From an uncultured Gemmatimonadales bacterium (lineage in GTDB: Bacteria; Gemmatimonadota; Gemmatimonadetes; Gemmatimonadales; GWC2-71-9): a DNA stretch of 64,000 nucleotides. The DNA lies in assembly GCA_963728915.1 (NCBI GenBank), contig CAVSLV010000002.1, positions 128,001 through 192,000 of the forward strand, read 5' to 3'. Under the pieces are notes generated by a model. The model did not search any database. It was not told the origin of the DNA and was given only the letters and a program-made list of their open reading frames with translations. Position 1 is the stretch's first letter; each line of letters starts with the position of its first letter. Position numbers and translations under genes: made by a program. Shown one piece after another: positions 15,540 through 24,794 of this stretch.

Positions 15540-16793
15540 GCACCGACCCGCCTCCTCTACTTCGGCGTCACCCGGAACAGCCCGCCGGGATTGGCGTCCT
15601 CGATCATCCACACCGCGCCGTCCGGGCGCGACCGCCACGTCGCGAATCCGGTGCCCGACGTTCCAGCGTTCGGCCGGCGTCGCCCCGCCCTTGCCGTCGA
15701 ACGTGATGCGGTTCAGCGTCTGGGTCTGCATGCCGCCGATCAGCGCCGAGCCGTTCCACTGCGGGAACATCGCCCCGTTGTAGAACGTGAGCTTCCCGGC
15801 GCGATGACCGGCGTCCAGTAGATCACCGGCTTGGTCAGGTCGGGCCGCGTGTCGGGACTCGGGATCGGCACGCCGTCGTAGTTGGTCGCGTACGAGACGA
15901 GCGGCCAGCCGTAGTTCTTGCCGGGCTCGATCAGATTCAGCTCGTCGCCGCCCCGCGGCCCGTGCTCGAGCTCCCACAGCCGGCCGTCGGGCGCGAACGC
16001 GAGGCCGTACGGCGTCCGATGGCCCATGGTCCAGGTCTCCGACGGCGTGAGGTTCGGCCCCGGGAACGTGTAGGTGCGAGACGACCGGCGCGGTCTTGGC
16101 CTGCTCGGTGTTGCGGGGCGGATCGATGATGTCGAACGTCGCGCGCGCCGGTCTTGCCGGCCATGGGGTTGCCCGGCGCCGGCTTGCCGTCGAGCGTCAG
16201 CCGCAGGATCTTGCCCAGCGGCTGAGTTGGGATCCTGCGCCGGGCGTCATGCGCTGCCGCTCGCCGACGGTGAGGAACAGGTATCGGCGGTCGGGCGAGA
16301 ACGCGATCGCCGCGCCGAACTGTCCGCCGCGGCCCCGCGCGCCATCGCGCCAGATCACCTGCAGGCCCTCGAGACTCGCCGTGTCCGTCGCCGAGCGCGA
16401 GCCGGGCGCGGGCCAGCGCGAGGCTCGAGCCCGGTCTGTGCTGTCGCCCGGCTCGGAGTAGGTCAGGTAGACGCTGTGGTCGGTGGCGTAGTTGGGTGAC
16501 AGGTAGACGCCGAGCATGCCGCCCTGCCCCTGCGTAGCAGGACGGCGGGCACGTTCGCGACCGGCGTCTTCGCCGCCCTGCTGGGTCACCAGCCAGAGCG
16601 CGCCCACCTTCTCGGTGATGAGCATGCGCCCGTCGGGCAGGAATGCGATGCGCCAGGGCAGATTGAAGTCCGCCACCTGGGTCATCGTGAACGGCAGGCT
16701 GGCTTCGGGCTCGAGCCGGCCGGCGTTGACCTGCGCCGACGCGGTGGCCGAAACGGCAAAGAAGAGCAGGGCGGCGCTCGCGAAGGTCTTCAT
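15540..16793 (-). CDS. PQQ-dependent sugar dehydrogenase (GSDH/YliI-like; multiple frameshifts)
   Basis: PWRIAFLPDGRMLITEK, GQGGML, GHRTPYGL, EHGPRGGDELN and GKNYGWP. Confidence 0.85.
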
Positions 16794-16950
16794 CGAAAAT
16801 TCCTCACCGGGGGTTTTCTTCCTGGGTACGAATGTACAATGCGTGAACCCTTGCGGTCGGCTTGAGCGACTTGCACCAGTGATCCGGGGTCTCCGGGCCG
16901 CGATGCGCTGACCTCAGGCGAGCAATCCAAATATTCGACATTTCGACGCG

Positions 16951-17418
16951 ATGGCAGCCATTCGATCCCGGCTTTCCGCATGCATCCTGCTGCTGGCAGC
17001 CGCCTCCGGCTGCGAGTCGGCACTCTCCCCGAACGAGGCGCACATGCTCCGGCTCGCCGAGGCCCGATGGGAGGCTCGCGGCTTCGGGAACTACGCCGTC
17101 GAGATGCAGAGAGCCTGCTTCTGTCCTCCGGTCGTGGCCCAGTGGTCGAGGGTCGAGGTCGTGGATGATCGAGTCGCCCGAGTGGTGACGCTCGCCACTG
17201 GCGAAGAAGTTCCCGAGGCGGAACGGGGTCTCTTCCCGACCGTGGAGGAGATATTCCAGCTCATCCGGGCCACCTCATCGGACGACTGGATCCGGGACAT
17301 CGACGTCGTATTCGACGCTCGGCTCGGATTCCCCACCACGGTGAATCTCATTTCGAAGCCGGAAATCCAGGACGCCGGCGGCGGGTTCGATCTCCGCAAC
17401 GCCGTGCCTCTCCCGTGA
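16951..17418 (+). CDS. Lipoprotein, DUF6174-like
   Basis: Lipobox ASGC, CFC motif, TVEEIF and FD..LGFP. Confidence 0.7.
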   Translation: MAAIRSRLSACILLLAAASGCESALSPNEAHMLRLAEARWEARGFGNYAVEMQRACFCPPVVAQWSRVEVVDDRVARVVTLATGEEVPEAERGLFPTVEEIFQLIRATSSDDWIRDIDVVFDARLGFPTTVNLISKPEIQDAGGGFDLRNAVPLP

Positions 17419-17496
17419 GCCTGATGAGGGCTTCGGGGAAGACGCCAAGACGGCCAGGCGCCAATGAGAGACGCCTGACCGTCTCTGGTCACCCAT

Positions 17497-17961
17497 CTAG
17501 GCCCTCTTCACCTGGATCTCTCTGGGCCGAGCCCTCTCGACCTTGGGAAGCCGGATGGTGAGGACACCGTTTTCGGTGGTCGCCTCGATCCGCTCGGCAT
17601 CCACGGTGGATGGGAGGGTGAAGGTCCGCTCGAAGCGGCCGTAGCTCCGCTCCCAGCGGTGCCACCGCTCGTCCTTCTCCTGGGTGACGGTCTGCTTCTC
17701 TCCGGAGATCGTGAGCACCTGGTTCTCGAGGCTGATCTTCACGTCCTCGGGGCGGACGCCCGGAACGTCCATGGTGATAGTGAGGTGGTTCTTGTCTTCC
17801 CGGACGTCGACGTTGGGGGTCCAGGCGGAGCCGACGGTGTCGCCGTTGGTCTGGGTCGCAGGGTAGCCGAACGCCTCGTCCATGAGGCTGGTGAGCCGGG
17901 TGAGGCCCGTGTAGAGGTTCTGGTTGGGCTCGGCGGCTCGGCGCAGGGTGGTGAGATACAT
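17497..17961 (-). CDS. Small heat shock protein (Hsp20/alpha-crystallin)
   Basis: WTPNVDVRE, DVPGV, ERSYGRFERTFTLP and NGVLTIRLPK. Confidence 0.95.
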   Translation of the reverse strand: MYLTTLRRAAEPNQNLYTGLTRLTSLMDEAFGYPATQTNGDTVGSAWTPNVDVREDKNHLTITMDVPGVRPEDVKISLENQVLTISGEKQTVTQEKDERWHRWERSYGRFERTFTLPSTVDAERIEATTENGVLTIRLPKVERARPREIQVKRA

Positions 17962-18035
17962 GGGGTTTTCCTCCCAAAGGGTTCAGGTCCACGGAGCGGC
18001 GGTAGAGTGCTCGCTCCGAACGGGGGGAAGCGATG

Positions 18036-18126
18036 TGCAGCCTGGATGCCAGCTTCCGGGCGGGGTTTTCGGTCAAATTGGCAAACGGGTCAAGTCGAGT
18101 TGGAGGTGGGCGGTGCCAGGATGGCA
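18036..18126 (-). promoter_or_regulatory. Putative sigma54 (-24/-12) promoter of hsp20 with upstream activator sites
   Basis: Minus strand CTGGCATCCAGGCTGCA (GG-N10-GC) at 18052-18036. TGCCA-N3-TGGCA-like palindromes at 18114-18126 and 18071-18084. Confidence 0.6.
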
Positions 18127-18361
18127 AAGGCCGGCGAGGGGGTGTGGTTCGCAGCCTCGACCCGGGATATGGAGAACTCTCATATCGGGAAAGGCGAGCC
18201 ATCATATCCCGGATCTGCTGCCGAGCCCGCTCGCAGCCTATTTCAGGGTCTGCAGGGGGGAGGTGGGTGATATGATCGCGAGGGGAGGCTTGGATTGGCG
18301 GTGCGATGCCGGCTTAGAGAGCGGGGTTCTGCAGGGCGATGTTGGGATAGGTGGCGGGGTT

Positions 18362-18390
18362 TTGCCGCGACGACGAAGGTACGGTAGCAT
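18362..18390 (+). promoter_or_regulatory. Pc-like sigma70 promoter facing the cassette array
   Basis: TTGCCG-17bp-TAGCAT, 21 bp upstream of the first GTTRRRY. Confidence 0.6.
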
Positions 18391-18399
18391 TGGGGTGCA

Positions 18400-18418
18400 G
18401 GTTAATTAATGGTTAGGT
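18400..18418 (+). other. attI: attI-like integron recombination site
   Basis: GGTTAAT-TAATG-GTTAGGT. GTTAGGT (18412) is the exact complement of ACCTAAC starting the first attC, and no attC hairpin lies upstream. Confidence 0.65.
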
Positions 18419-18438
18419 CTCATCCGGAGGTCCGAATT

Positions 18439-19389
18439 GTGCGGCCGGTTGTCTGTTTAGTCACGGGAGCAGCTTTGGGGGCTGGTGCCTTGGTTGGCTG
18501 TCCCAGCACCACTGAGACCCACCCTCTGATTGTGTTCAATGCGGCGGCCCTGGGCCCACCCTTCCGGGCGCTGGGTGATTCGCTTCGTTTGCCCCCGACG
18601 ACTCTCGAGCTACAGCAGGAAAATGCCCCTTCGCTCGAAGTGATCCGAAAGCTGACGGATCTCGGCCGCATTCCGGACATCCTCGCCACGGCCGATATCG
18701 CCCTCTTCGATGCGCTGATCCTCCCGACGCACAGCTCCTGGTATGTCGTCTTCGGAACCAATGCCCTCGTCCTCGCCTACGGGCCGCACTCGCTCGGTCG
18801 CGCGGATCTCTCGAGCGATTCCTGGTACCGGGTGCTCCTCCGCCAAGGCGTTCGCACTGGCCGCGCGGACCCCGTTGTTGATCCAAGTGGCTATCGCACC
18901 CTCATGGCGCTCCAGCTCGCGGAACGGTACTATGGCGAAGCCGGGCTAGCCGCGCGTTTGCTCGGGGCGATGCCGCAACAGTACGTCCGTCACGCCGAGG
19001 CGGACCTGAGTGCGTTGGTCCAAGCGGGTGAATTGGACTACATCTGGACATACCGCAACCTGGCACGGGCGCATGGCCTGCAATACCTCGAGCTCCCTGC
19101 GGAGGTTAACCTCTCCGACCCCCGCCGCGCAGAGTGGTATGCCCAGGCGTCGGCGCGGGTTCCAGGTCAGACCCCAGGGGACACCCTTATGCTACGGGGA
19201 GCGCCAATCGCGTTTGCGGTCACCGTCCCGCGCGCTGCTCCCCATCCGGAAGCGGCCCGCGCCTTCCTGGCCTTGCTTCTGAGCTCGCAAGGCGCCGATG
19301 TACTGCGTGCGACCGGCTTCAATCCTCTGCATCCGCCCCGAGTGATCGGGCGGCCGCCGGCTGAGTGGGCTGCGCTGGTTGCACCATGA
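18439..19389 (+). CDS. Cassette 1: tungstate/molybdate ABC transporter substrate-binding lipoprotein (WtpA/ModA-like)
   Basis: GGAGG RBS then GTG, lipobox LVGC, PDILATAD, GRADPVVDPSGYRTLM, GELDYIWTY and GAPIAFAVTVP. Confidence 0.85.
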   Translation: MRPVVCLVTGAALGAGALVGCPSTTETHPLIVFNAAALGPPFRALGDSLRLPPTTLELQQENAPSLEVIRKLTDLGRIPDILATADIALFDALILPTHSSWYVVFGTNALVLAYGPHSLGRADLSSDSWYRVLLRQGVRTGRADPVVDPSGYRTLMALQLAERYYGEAGLAARLLGAMPQQYVRHAEADLSALVQAGELDYIWTYRNLARAHGLQYLELPAEVNLSDPRRAEWYAQASARVPGQTPGDTLMLRGAPIAFAVTVPRAAPHPEAARAFLALLLSSQGADVLRATGFNPLHPPRVIGRPPAEWAALVAP

Positions 19390-19390
19390 G

Positions 19391-19512
19391 ACCTAACCCG
19401 GCCTTGCAGCAGCCGAGGCCCTGAACGCTTCGGCCGGCGCGAGGTATGTTCTACACACTGAGTTCGCGCCGGCCTCAGCAGGGCCTCGCTGCTGAAGGCC
19501 AGGACGTTATGT
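19391..19512 (+). repeat. attC: attC site
   Basis: ACCTAAC...GTTATGT bounding an imperfect inverted repeat. Confidence 0.9.
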
Positions 19513-20095
19513 GGCCACGCCAAGAAGTGACAAGATGGTGGTTGCCCCACCAGATCCCCTTCCCTCCAAAAGCAATTCCCACACAGCTCGGTTCGCCGGC
19601 GGCCCGCCGCGGAGCTGGTCGCCACGGAGTCAAAGCCATTGAGCTCGGCTTCCCACTAAGGCGCCACGGCTCGGGCTCCGTGGGTGTGCTGAACAAAGGG
19701 CGGTCATCCTCGAGCAGCGGCCACCCCAGAAAGGGTTTCCCAGGATCCGGCTTTCCGTCAGGCCGTGGCGCGGTAGCCCGGATCGACCTCGGGCCGGCTT
19801 TTCCAGGTTCCGCAAGGTCCGTCGCCACAACTGGCCCCGAAGACGGCGGGACCGCCCTCAGTCACGAGCGCGTCCTCCGTGAACAGGTGGGCGCGGCCCC
19901 TCGAGGTTCCAGCTGGTCCGTCCTCTATGGAAAACTAGGACTTCTTATAGGCGGACCCGCGGGACGCCGCCGGAACGATGGCCTATATGACGGCGCCCCG
20001 CGGCTGGCGTCCGGAACGTTTTCGAGGCAAGTTCCCCAGGGCCAGCGGGCTTGGGCTCGGCATCGTGCCCTGGGCCGCTGGTGCTCCCGGCTGCC
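19513..20095. ncRNA. ORF-less cassette A, candidate structured RNA/DNA element
   Basis: Colinear paralog of 20219-20800. In the frames I compared, the 5' part has no ORF open in both copies. Conserved helices at 19661-19670/19762-19771 and 19957-19969/19991-20003. Confidence 0.5.
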
Positions 20096-20218
20096 CCATA
20101 ACACGCACTTGTAGCAGCCCGGGGCGTCAGCGCGTCGCAGCCGCGCGGGGTCTTGTTCGCTGCTCGGATCGCGCGGCTGCGCCGCACGCCCCGGCAGCTA
20201 AAGTGCAGATCGTTATGT
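20096..20218 (+). repeat. attC: attC site
   Basis: CCATAAC...GTTATGT with a palindromic core. Confidence 0.9.
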
Positions 20219-20800
20219 GGCCACGCCAAGAAATGAAAAGATGGGGTTTGCCCTACCAGTTCCCCTTCCCCTCAACTGCAATTCCACCTGAGGCTTGATC
20301 GCCGGCGTCCCGCCGCCAAGATCGTCTCCACGAGGTCAAAGCCACATAGCCTCCTGTACGGTCCAGGGCGCCACGGCCAGAGTTCCGCGGGTGTCCCCAG
20401 CCGAGAACCCGGTTCTTGGTAACAGCGAATTCCCGTTTTCGTGGTTTCCCAGGATCCGGCCCTCCAGGAGGCCGTGGCGCCGTGCCCCTGCCCGGTGCGG
20501 TGCCGGACCCTGTCCCCATCGGTCATCTGCGCTGGTTCCGGCCACGAAGACGGCGGTCCGCCCGGTCCCCGAGCGCGCCCTCCGTTCACCCGGTAGGAGC
20601 GGCCCCTCAGGTTTCCAGCTCATCCGTCCCCCATGAAATCCTAGAACTTCTTATAGTCCGGGCCGCGGGGCCGCAGCCGAATCGATGGCTCAGATGGCTG
20701 CGCCCCGCGGCTGGCGCCCCGATCGTTCCCGCAGTATGGTTTCCCGTTGGAACGGGCCTCGAGAGGTATCCTGCTCTGGGCCGCTGGGTTCCCGGCTGCC
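20219..20800. ncRNA. ORF-less cassette B, candidate structured RNA/DNA element
   Basis: Paralog of cassette A. Helices at 20367-20378/20470-20481 and 20662-20678/20696-20711. Confidence 0.5.
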
Positions 20801-20922
20801 CCATAACACGCATTTGTAGCTGCCGGGGGCGTGAGCGCGCCGCAGCCGCGCCGTTTTGTCTCAGCTGCTGGATGGCGCGGCTGCGCCGCACGCCCCCGCA
20901 GCTAAAATGCAGCTCGTTATGT
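20801..20922 (+). repeat. attC: attC site
   Basis: CCATAAC...GTTATGT with a palindromic core. Confidence 0.9.
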
Positions 20923-21037
20923 CGCCTGCGGCCACGGCATAGATCAAGTCCTTGCAAAGCACTGAAGGGGCAGCTCTTCCGGACACCTAGGTGACTCTTG
21001 CGGGTCATGAGTCAAATGGCGCGCTGAAAGCACCTCA

Positions 21038-21115
21038 GACTATAAGATCTTATAGTCCAGCCGGTTTCTCCGAACACCACCAATTCTTGCGAGCCTTCAA
21101 GCTCCAGGGTAGCTT
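21038..21115 (+). promoter_or_regulatory. Cassette-internal promoter with palindromic operator
   Basis: Perfect 20-bp palindrome GACTATAAGATCTTATAGTC, then TTGCGA-17-TAGCTT. Homologous to 43949-44026. Confidence 0.65.
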
Positions 21116-21288
21116 CTCGGCGTCGATGAATCCGACGAGTCATAGTTCGCGCTGAAAGCCGTGTGCGCGTTAACGACACAGTATGCTGGTATCGATCACT
21201 CGGTAACTGATGCTCGGAGTCGAGGCGTTGCGTGCCCATTGCTATCCTGGTTACGGCGGGGTTGCACCTTCGAGATAGGAGGATCCTC

Positions 21289-22323
21289 ATGAGGCCCATG
21301 CTCTGGTCGGAACGATCTGTCGCGCTGGTGCTTATGGCAAGCTCGATGCTCACCGCTTGCAGAGTTGGTGACGCCATTTCTCCCAGCGGCGATTCAGCCG
21401 CGTCAGGCGCCGTGGCTTCTCTTTCGGGGCCCTCGGTCCGACGAACGGACCTAGGTTCACTTGGTGCCGGCACTTACAGCAATGCCTTCGGCGTCAACGC
21501 GCTCGGACACGTAGTTGGCGCGAGCATTACGAATGGTGGGGATTTTCACGGGTTCTTGTGGCGCAAAACCCCAATGATCGACTTGGGCACCCTCGGTGGC
21601 TCTTTTAGCTATGCCGAGGGAATTGATTTGCTGGACCGAGTCGTCGGGATTAGCACTACATTGAGCGGGACGAATCACGCTTTCATGTGGCAGCGTGGAG
21701 CAATGGTCGATCTCGACCCCACAGGTGCGTTCAGCGACGCCCACGCCATCAACTCACTTGGGCAGATCGTTGGGCTGGCCCAAAACCAAGTGACGGGGTT
21801 CCAGTCGCACGCTGTCCTTTGGAATCGCGGAAGCCTGATCGACCTTGGAACCCTGGGCGGTACCCGGAGCGAAGCCTTTGCCTTGGATCTCCTTGGACAG
21901 ATCGTGGGAAGTAGCGAAACAACCGGAGCCGAGACTCATGCTTTTCTGTGGCGAAGGGGCACCATGATCGACCTGGGAACTCTTGGGGGGAATGAAAGTG
22001 TAGCTACTGGAATTAGCGATCTCGGCCTCGTCGTTGGCTACAGCACGACAAACTCTGGTGACATTCACGGCTTTTCGTGGTGGCATGGCCGCATGTATGA
22101 TCTCGGTACCCTTGGAGGAAGCTTCAGCTATGCTCACGGAATCAATGCGGTCGGTCAGATCGTCGGCGAGAGCCTGGCGGGCGACGGCGTGCATGCGGTG
22201 GTTTGGCGCAATGGTGCGGTAGCTGATTTTGGTTTCGGCCAAGGAAACGCAATCTCGCCTCTTGGAGCGGTTGCGGGCTTTAGCTCGACCACCGGACAAG
22301 CAGCATTGTGGACGATCAGATAA
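21289..22323 (+). CDS. Cassette gene: HAF-repeat extracellular lipoprotein
   Basis: AGGAGG RBS, lipobox LTAC and repeated HAFLW..G.MIDLGTLGG units. Confidence 0.9.
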   Translation: MRPMLWSERSVALVLMASSMLTACRVGDAISPSGDSAASGAVASLSGPSVRRTDLGSLGAGTYSNAFGVNALGHVVGASITNGGDFHGFLWRKTPMIDLGTLGGSFSYAEGIDLLDRVVGISTTLSGTNHAFMWQRGAMVDLDPTGAFSDAHAINSLGQIVGLAQNQVTGFQSHAVLWNRGSLIDLGTLGGTRSEAFALDLLGQIVGSSETTGAETHAFLWRRGTMIDLGTLGGNESVATGISDLGLVVGYSTTNSGDIHGFSWWHGRMYDLGTLGGSFSYAHGINAVGQIVGESLAGDGVHAVVWRNGAVADFGFGQGNAISPLGAVAGFSSTTGQAALWTIR

Positions 22324-22594
22324 ATGCTCATGCGTGGGGCCCTATCCGAACTACTTGCTGCGAGGGTAAGCGCGTCATGAGGGATGGAAATCGGGAGCCC
22401 GTCCGAGAGGTCGGATCCCCAAGTCGCACGTAGCATCCCCTGCCAGACAAACGCAAATCCCACCGTCCGCCGGGATACCGCACGAACGGCTCTTTTCGAC
22501 TGCTCGGGTCATTCCTTTGCTCGCCCTATGCAGCCGCAGGGCTGTCCTCGGGACGGATTTGGCGTGCCCCTTATTTCGAGATTGTGAATCAGCG

Positions 22595-22715
22595 ACATAA
22601 CCCGCGCTTGGAGCCGCCGAGGGCGTGGCGCGGCAGCAGCCGCACTGTATATTGAACCTGCGGGCAGTGCGGCTGCTGCCGCACGCCCTCGCAGCTCAAG
22701 CGCAGGGCGTTAGAC
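22595..22715 (+). repeat. attC: attC site
   Basis: ACATAAC (complement of GTTATGT at 20916)...GTTAGAC. Confidence 0.92.
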
Positions 22716-22735
22716 GCACTGCTAAAGGACGAACC

Positions 22736-23866
22736 ATGCACCCAGCGTTCCTAGTCCGAGTTGGCTGGATCGTTCTGCTCGGTGCAACCACTGCTACTGG
22801 GAAGGGGATTGCCCAGCAACCGACTTCCCACCTTGCATACGACAAAGCCCTCCGCTTTGGCGGTGAACCCCATCGCGGGATCGTTCTCCTGTTGCACGGA
22901 TGTGAGGGACTCGGGGGCACCCTGCCAGGCTGGCAAGCTGCCTGGGTCCGGTACCTGATCGATCGGGGCTTCCTGGTGGTCGTTCCGAACAGCTTTGCCG
23001 ATCCCCGCCCTCAACGTTCCTGCGCCGCGCCGTTTCCGGACAAGGAACAGATTTATGCCGTGCGGTTGCAGCAGACCGCCGACGCCATCGCACGCCTGCG
23101 GCGGGCGTACCCGACCGTAAAGTTGCTGGTCTGGGGACACTCAGAGGGCGCCGGCGTCGCCAATCGGATTGAGGCTCGGGTCGATGGTATCGTCACCACT
23201 GGGTATCAGTGCGGGTACCGCAGTTCCGCGAGAATGTTCTTGTCTCCCCAGACCCCGCTCCTGGTGATCGTGGGCGATCGCGACTCGTATGCCAGCGAAG
23301 CAATCCGGGTCGCCGGGGCCGAGTCCGTCGAAGACGTGTGTCGTCGCCTCCTGACGTCGCCACGGTGGCTGGCGGTGATGGTTCCAGGGATGGGCCACGG
23401 CGCATCCCTGGAGGAGGTACAAGTTGAAGAAGCGCTGCAACGATTTCTGGACTTGGCCGCGCCGCCTCCGGACACCGCTCTTCTGGCAAGCGCGGCGTCC
23501 ACTGCGCAGCGCGTGTTCCCGCAACACCCTCCCAGCGCCATTGACGGGGTCTTCCAGAACGCGCGGAGCAGCAGCGGAGCAGACCAGGATCGATACGTCG
23601 AATCGCTCAAGGAGGGACGATGGCTCTTGACACTCAACGGCCGCCCATACGAACGCTATGGCTACACGGTTGATTTTCCCAAGGCGGGCGACTTCGACAC
23701 CTACGACATGCTGGGGATGCACATTCTGGGGATCTACGAGACCAGCAGCGACGGATTTCGCTGGGCAGCACTCAGGGATCCGGTACGGCAATCCTTGGAG
23801 CGACCCCGCTCGTTCGCCGATACGGGCATTGTGGTCACTCGTTTCCGACGCGTGTCGAGTCCGTAA
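22736..23866 (+). CDS. Cassette gene: secreted alpha/beta hydrolase (dienelactone hydrolase-like) with extra C-terminal domain
   Basis: LLHGCEG, GHSEG nucleophile elbow, GDRD, GMGH and a signal peptide. Confidence 0.75.
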   Translation: MHPAFLVRVGWIVLLGATTATGKGIAQQPTSHLAYDKALRFGGEPHRGIVLLLHGCEGLGGTLPGWQAAWVRYLIDRGFLVVVPNSFADPRPQRSCAAPFPDKEQIYAVRLQQTADAIARLRRAYPTVKLLVWGHSEGAGVANRIEARVDGIVTTGYQCGYRSSARMFLSPQTPLLVIVGDRDSYASEAIRVAGAESVEDVCRRLLTSPRWLAVMVPGMGHGASLEEVQVEEALQRFLDLAAPPPDTALLASAASTAQRVFPQHPPSAIDGVFQNARSSSGADQDRYVESLKEGRWLLTLNGRPYERYGYTVDFPKAGDFDTYDMLGMHILGIYETSSDGFRWAALRDPVRQSLERPRSFADTGIVVTRFRRVSSP

Positions 23867-23958
23867 ACGTCCCGCTCGATGGACACTTGCGGTCTGACTG
23901 GAAGCACCGCGGGTGGCGAGCTGATGGTAATGACTGGACAAACGCATATTACGTCGGC

Positions 23959-24081
23959 GTCTAACCCGCGCTTGGAGCAGGCGAGGGCGTGGGTGCGTCA
24001 GCAGCCGCACGATATATTGAATCCGCGAGGCGGTGCGGCGGCTGCCGCACGCCCTCGCAGCTCAAGCGCAGAGCGTTAGGC
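23959..24081 (+). repeat. attC: attC site
   Basis: GTCTAAC (complement of GTTAGAC at 22709)...GTTAGGC. Confidence 0.92.
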
Positions 24082-24387
24082 GGCCCGAAACCTCGAACGA
24101 TGCGCGCGGCGGGTGTCTACACTGATGGTCACGTGGGCTCCGGCCCGGTTGAGCATTTGGACCAGCATGTCCAAGCTGAATCGGGTCAACTTCCCCCGCT
24201 TCAGATCACTGATGCGCGGCTGAGTCACTCCCATCACCTTGGCGGCCACGGCCTGAGTCCAACGCCGTTTCTTGATCAAGTCCGTTAGAGCAATCATCAA
24301 ATCGGCCCGGAGCTGGAGGTTCTCAGCTTCTTCCGGGGTGAATCCAACGTCCCGGAACACGTTCCCGCTTCCCCGAGTGACCTTCAT
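24076..24387 (-). CDS. XRE-family HTH antitoxin (HigA-like)
   Basis: GSGNVFRDVGF, TQAVAAKVMGVTQPRISDL and FSLD. Confidence 0.88.
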   Translation of the reverse strand: MKVTRGSGNVFRDVGFTPEEAENLQLRADLMIALTDLIKKRRWTQAVAAKVMGVTQPRISDLKRGKLTRFSLDMLVQMLNRAGAHVTISVDTRRAHRSRFRAA

Positions 24388-24731
24388 CGTTGTTCCCGCC
24401 TTTCTCGAGCTCGCAATCGCGTCAATTCCCGGTACCTCGCCCGGCCGGTCTCAAGGTCCAGTGCGCTGGTTTTACCCCGCTTCTTCTCGAAGACATGCAA
24501 GACGTATACAGCTTCCTCAAACCGTGCCACATAGAGCACGCGGTACGGCGCTGGCCCGTGAACCCGAAGCTCGGCGGTACCAGGACCGACCGACGCCATC
24601 GGTTTCCAGTCTGTCGGCTCCTGCCCCAGCTGCAGCCGATAGAGCTCGTAGCCGCCGTCAATCCTCGCCTCTTCGGGCGCCTTGCGCATGGCCGATCGAC
24701 TTGAGCCCAGCCACCGCACGGGCTTCAGCAT
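24384..24731 (-). CDS. RelE/ParE-superfamily toxin (HigB/Gp49-like)
   Basis: GYELYRLQLG, DWKPM..VGPG..ELR, YRVLY and VLHVFEKK. Lies upstream of the HTH antitoxin. Confidence 0.88.
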   Translation of the reverse strand: MLKPVRWLGSSRSAMRKAPEEARIDGGYELYRLQLGQEPTDWKPMASVGPGTAELRVHGPAPYRVLYVARFEEAVYVLHVFEKKRGKTSALDLETGRARYRELTRLRARERREQR

Positions 24732-24794
24732 ATCGGAATATGCCACTACTTGTATACCAGCGCAAGCCGCCTAACCCCCGTTTGCAGCAGCCGG

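Noticed and set aside
19513..20800. Group II intron (class C-attC) remnant
   Set aside because: No reverse transcriptase, no recognisable domain V or intron termini, and the flanking attC sites are intact.
19446..20994. ORFs of 66-222 aa over cassettes 2 and 3
   Set aside because: They are not conserved between the two paralogous cassettes, several start inside attC, and they have no recognisable motifs.
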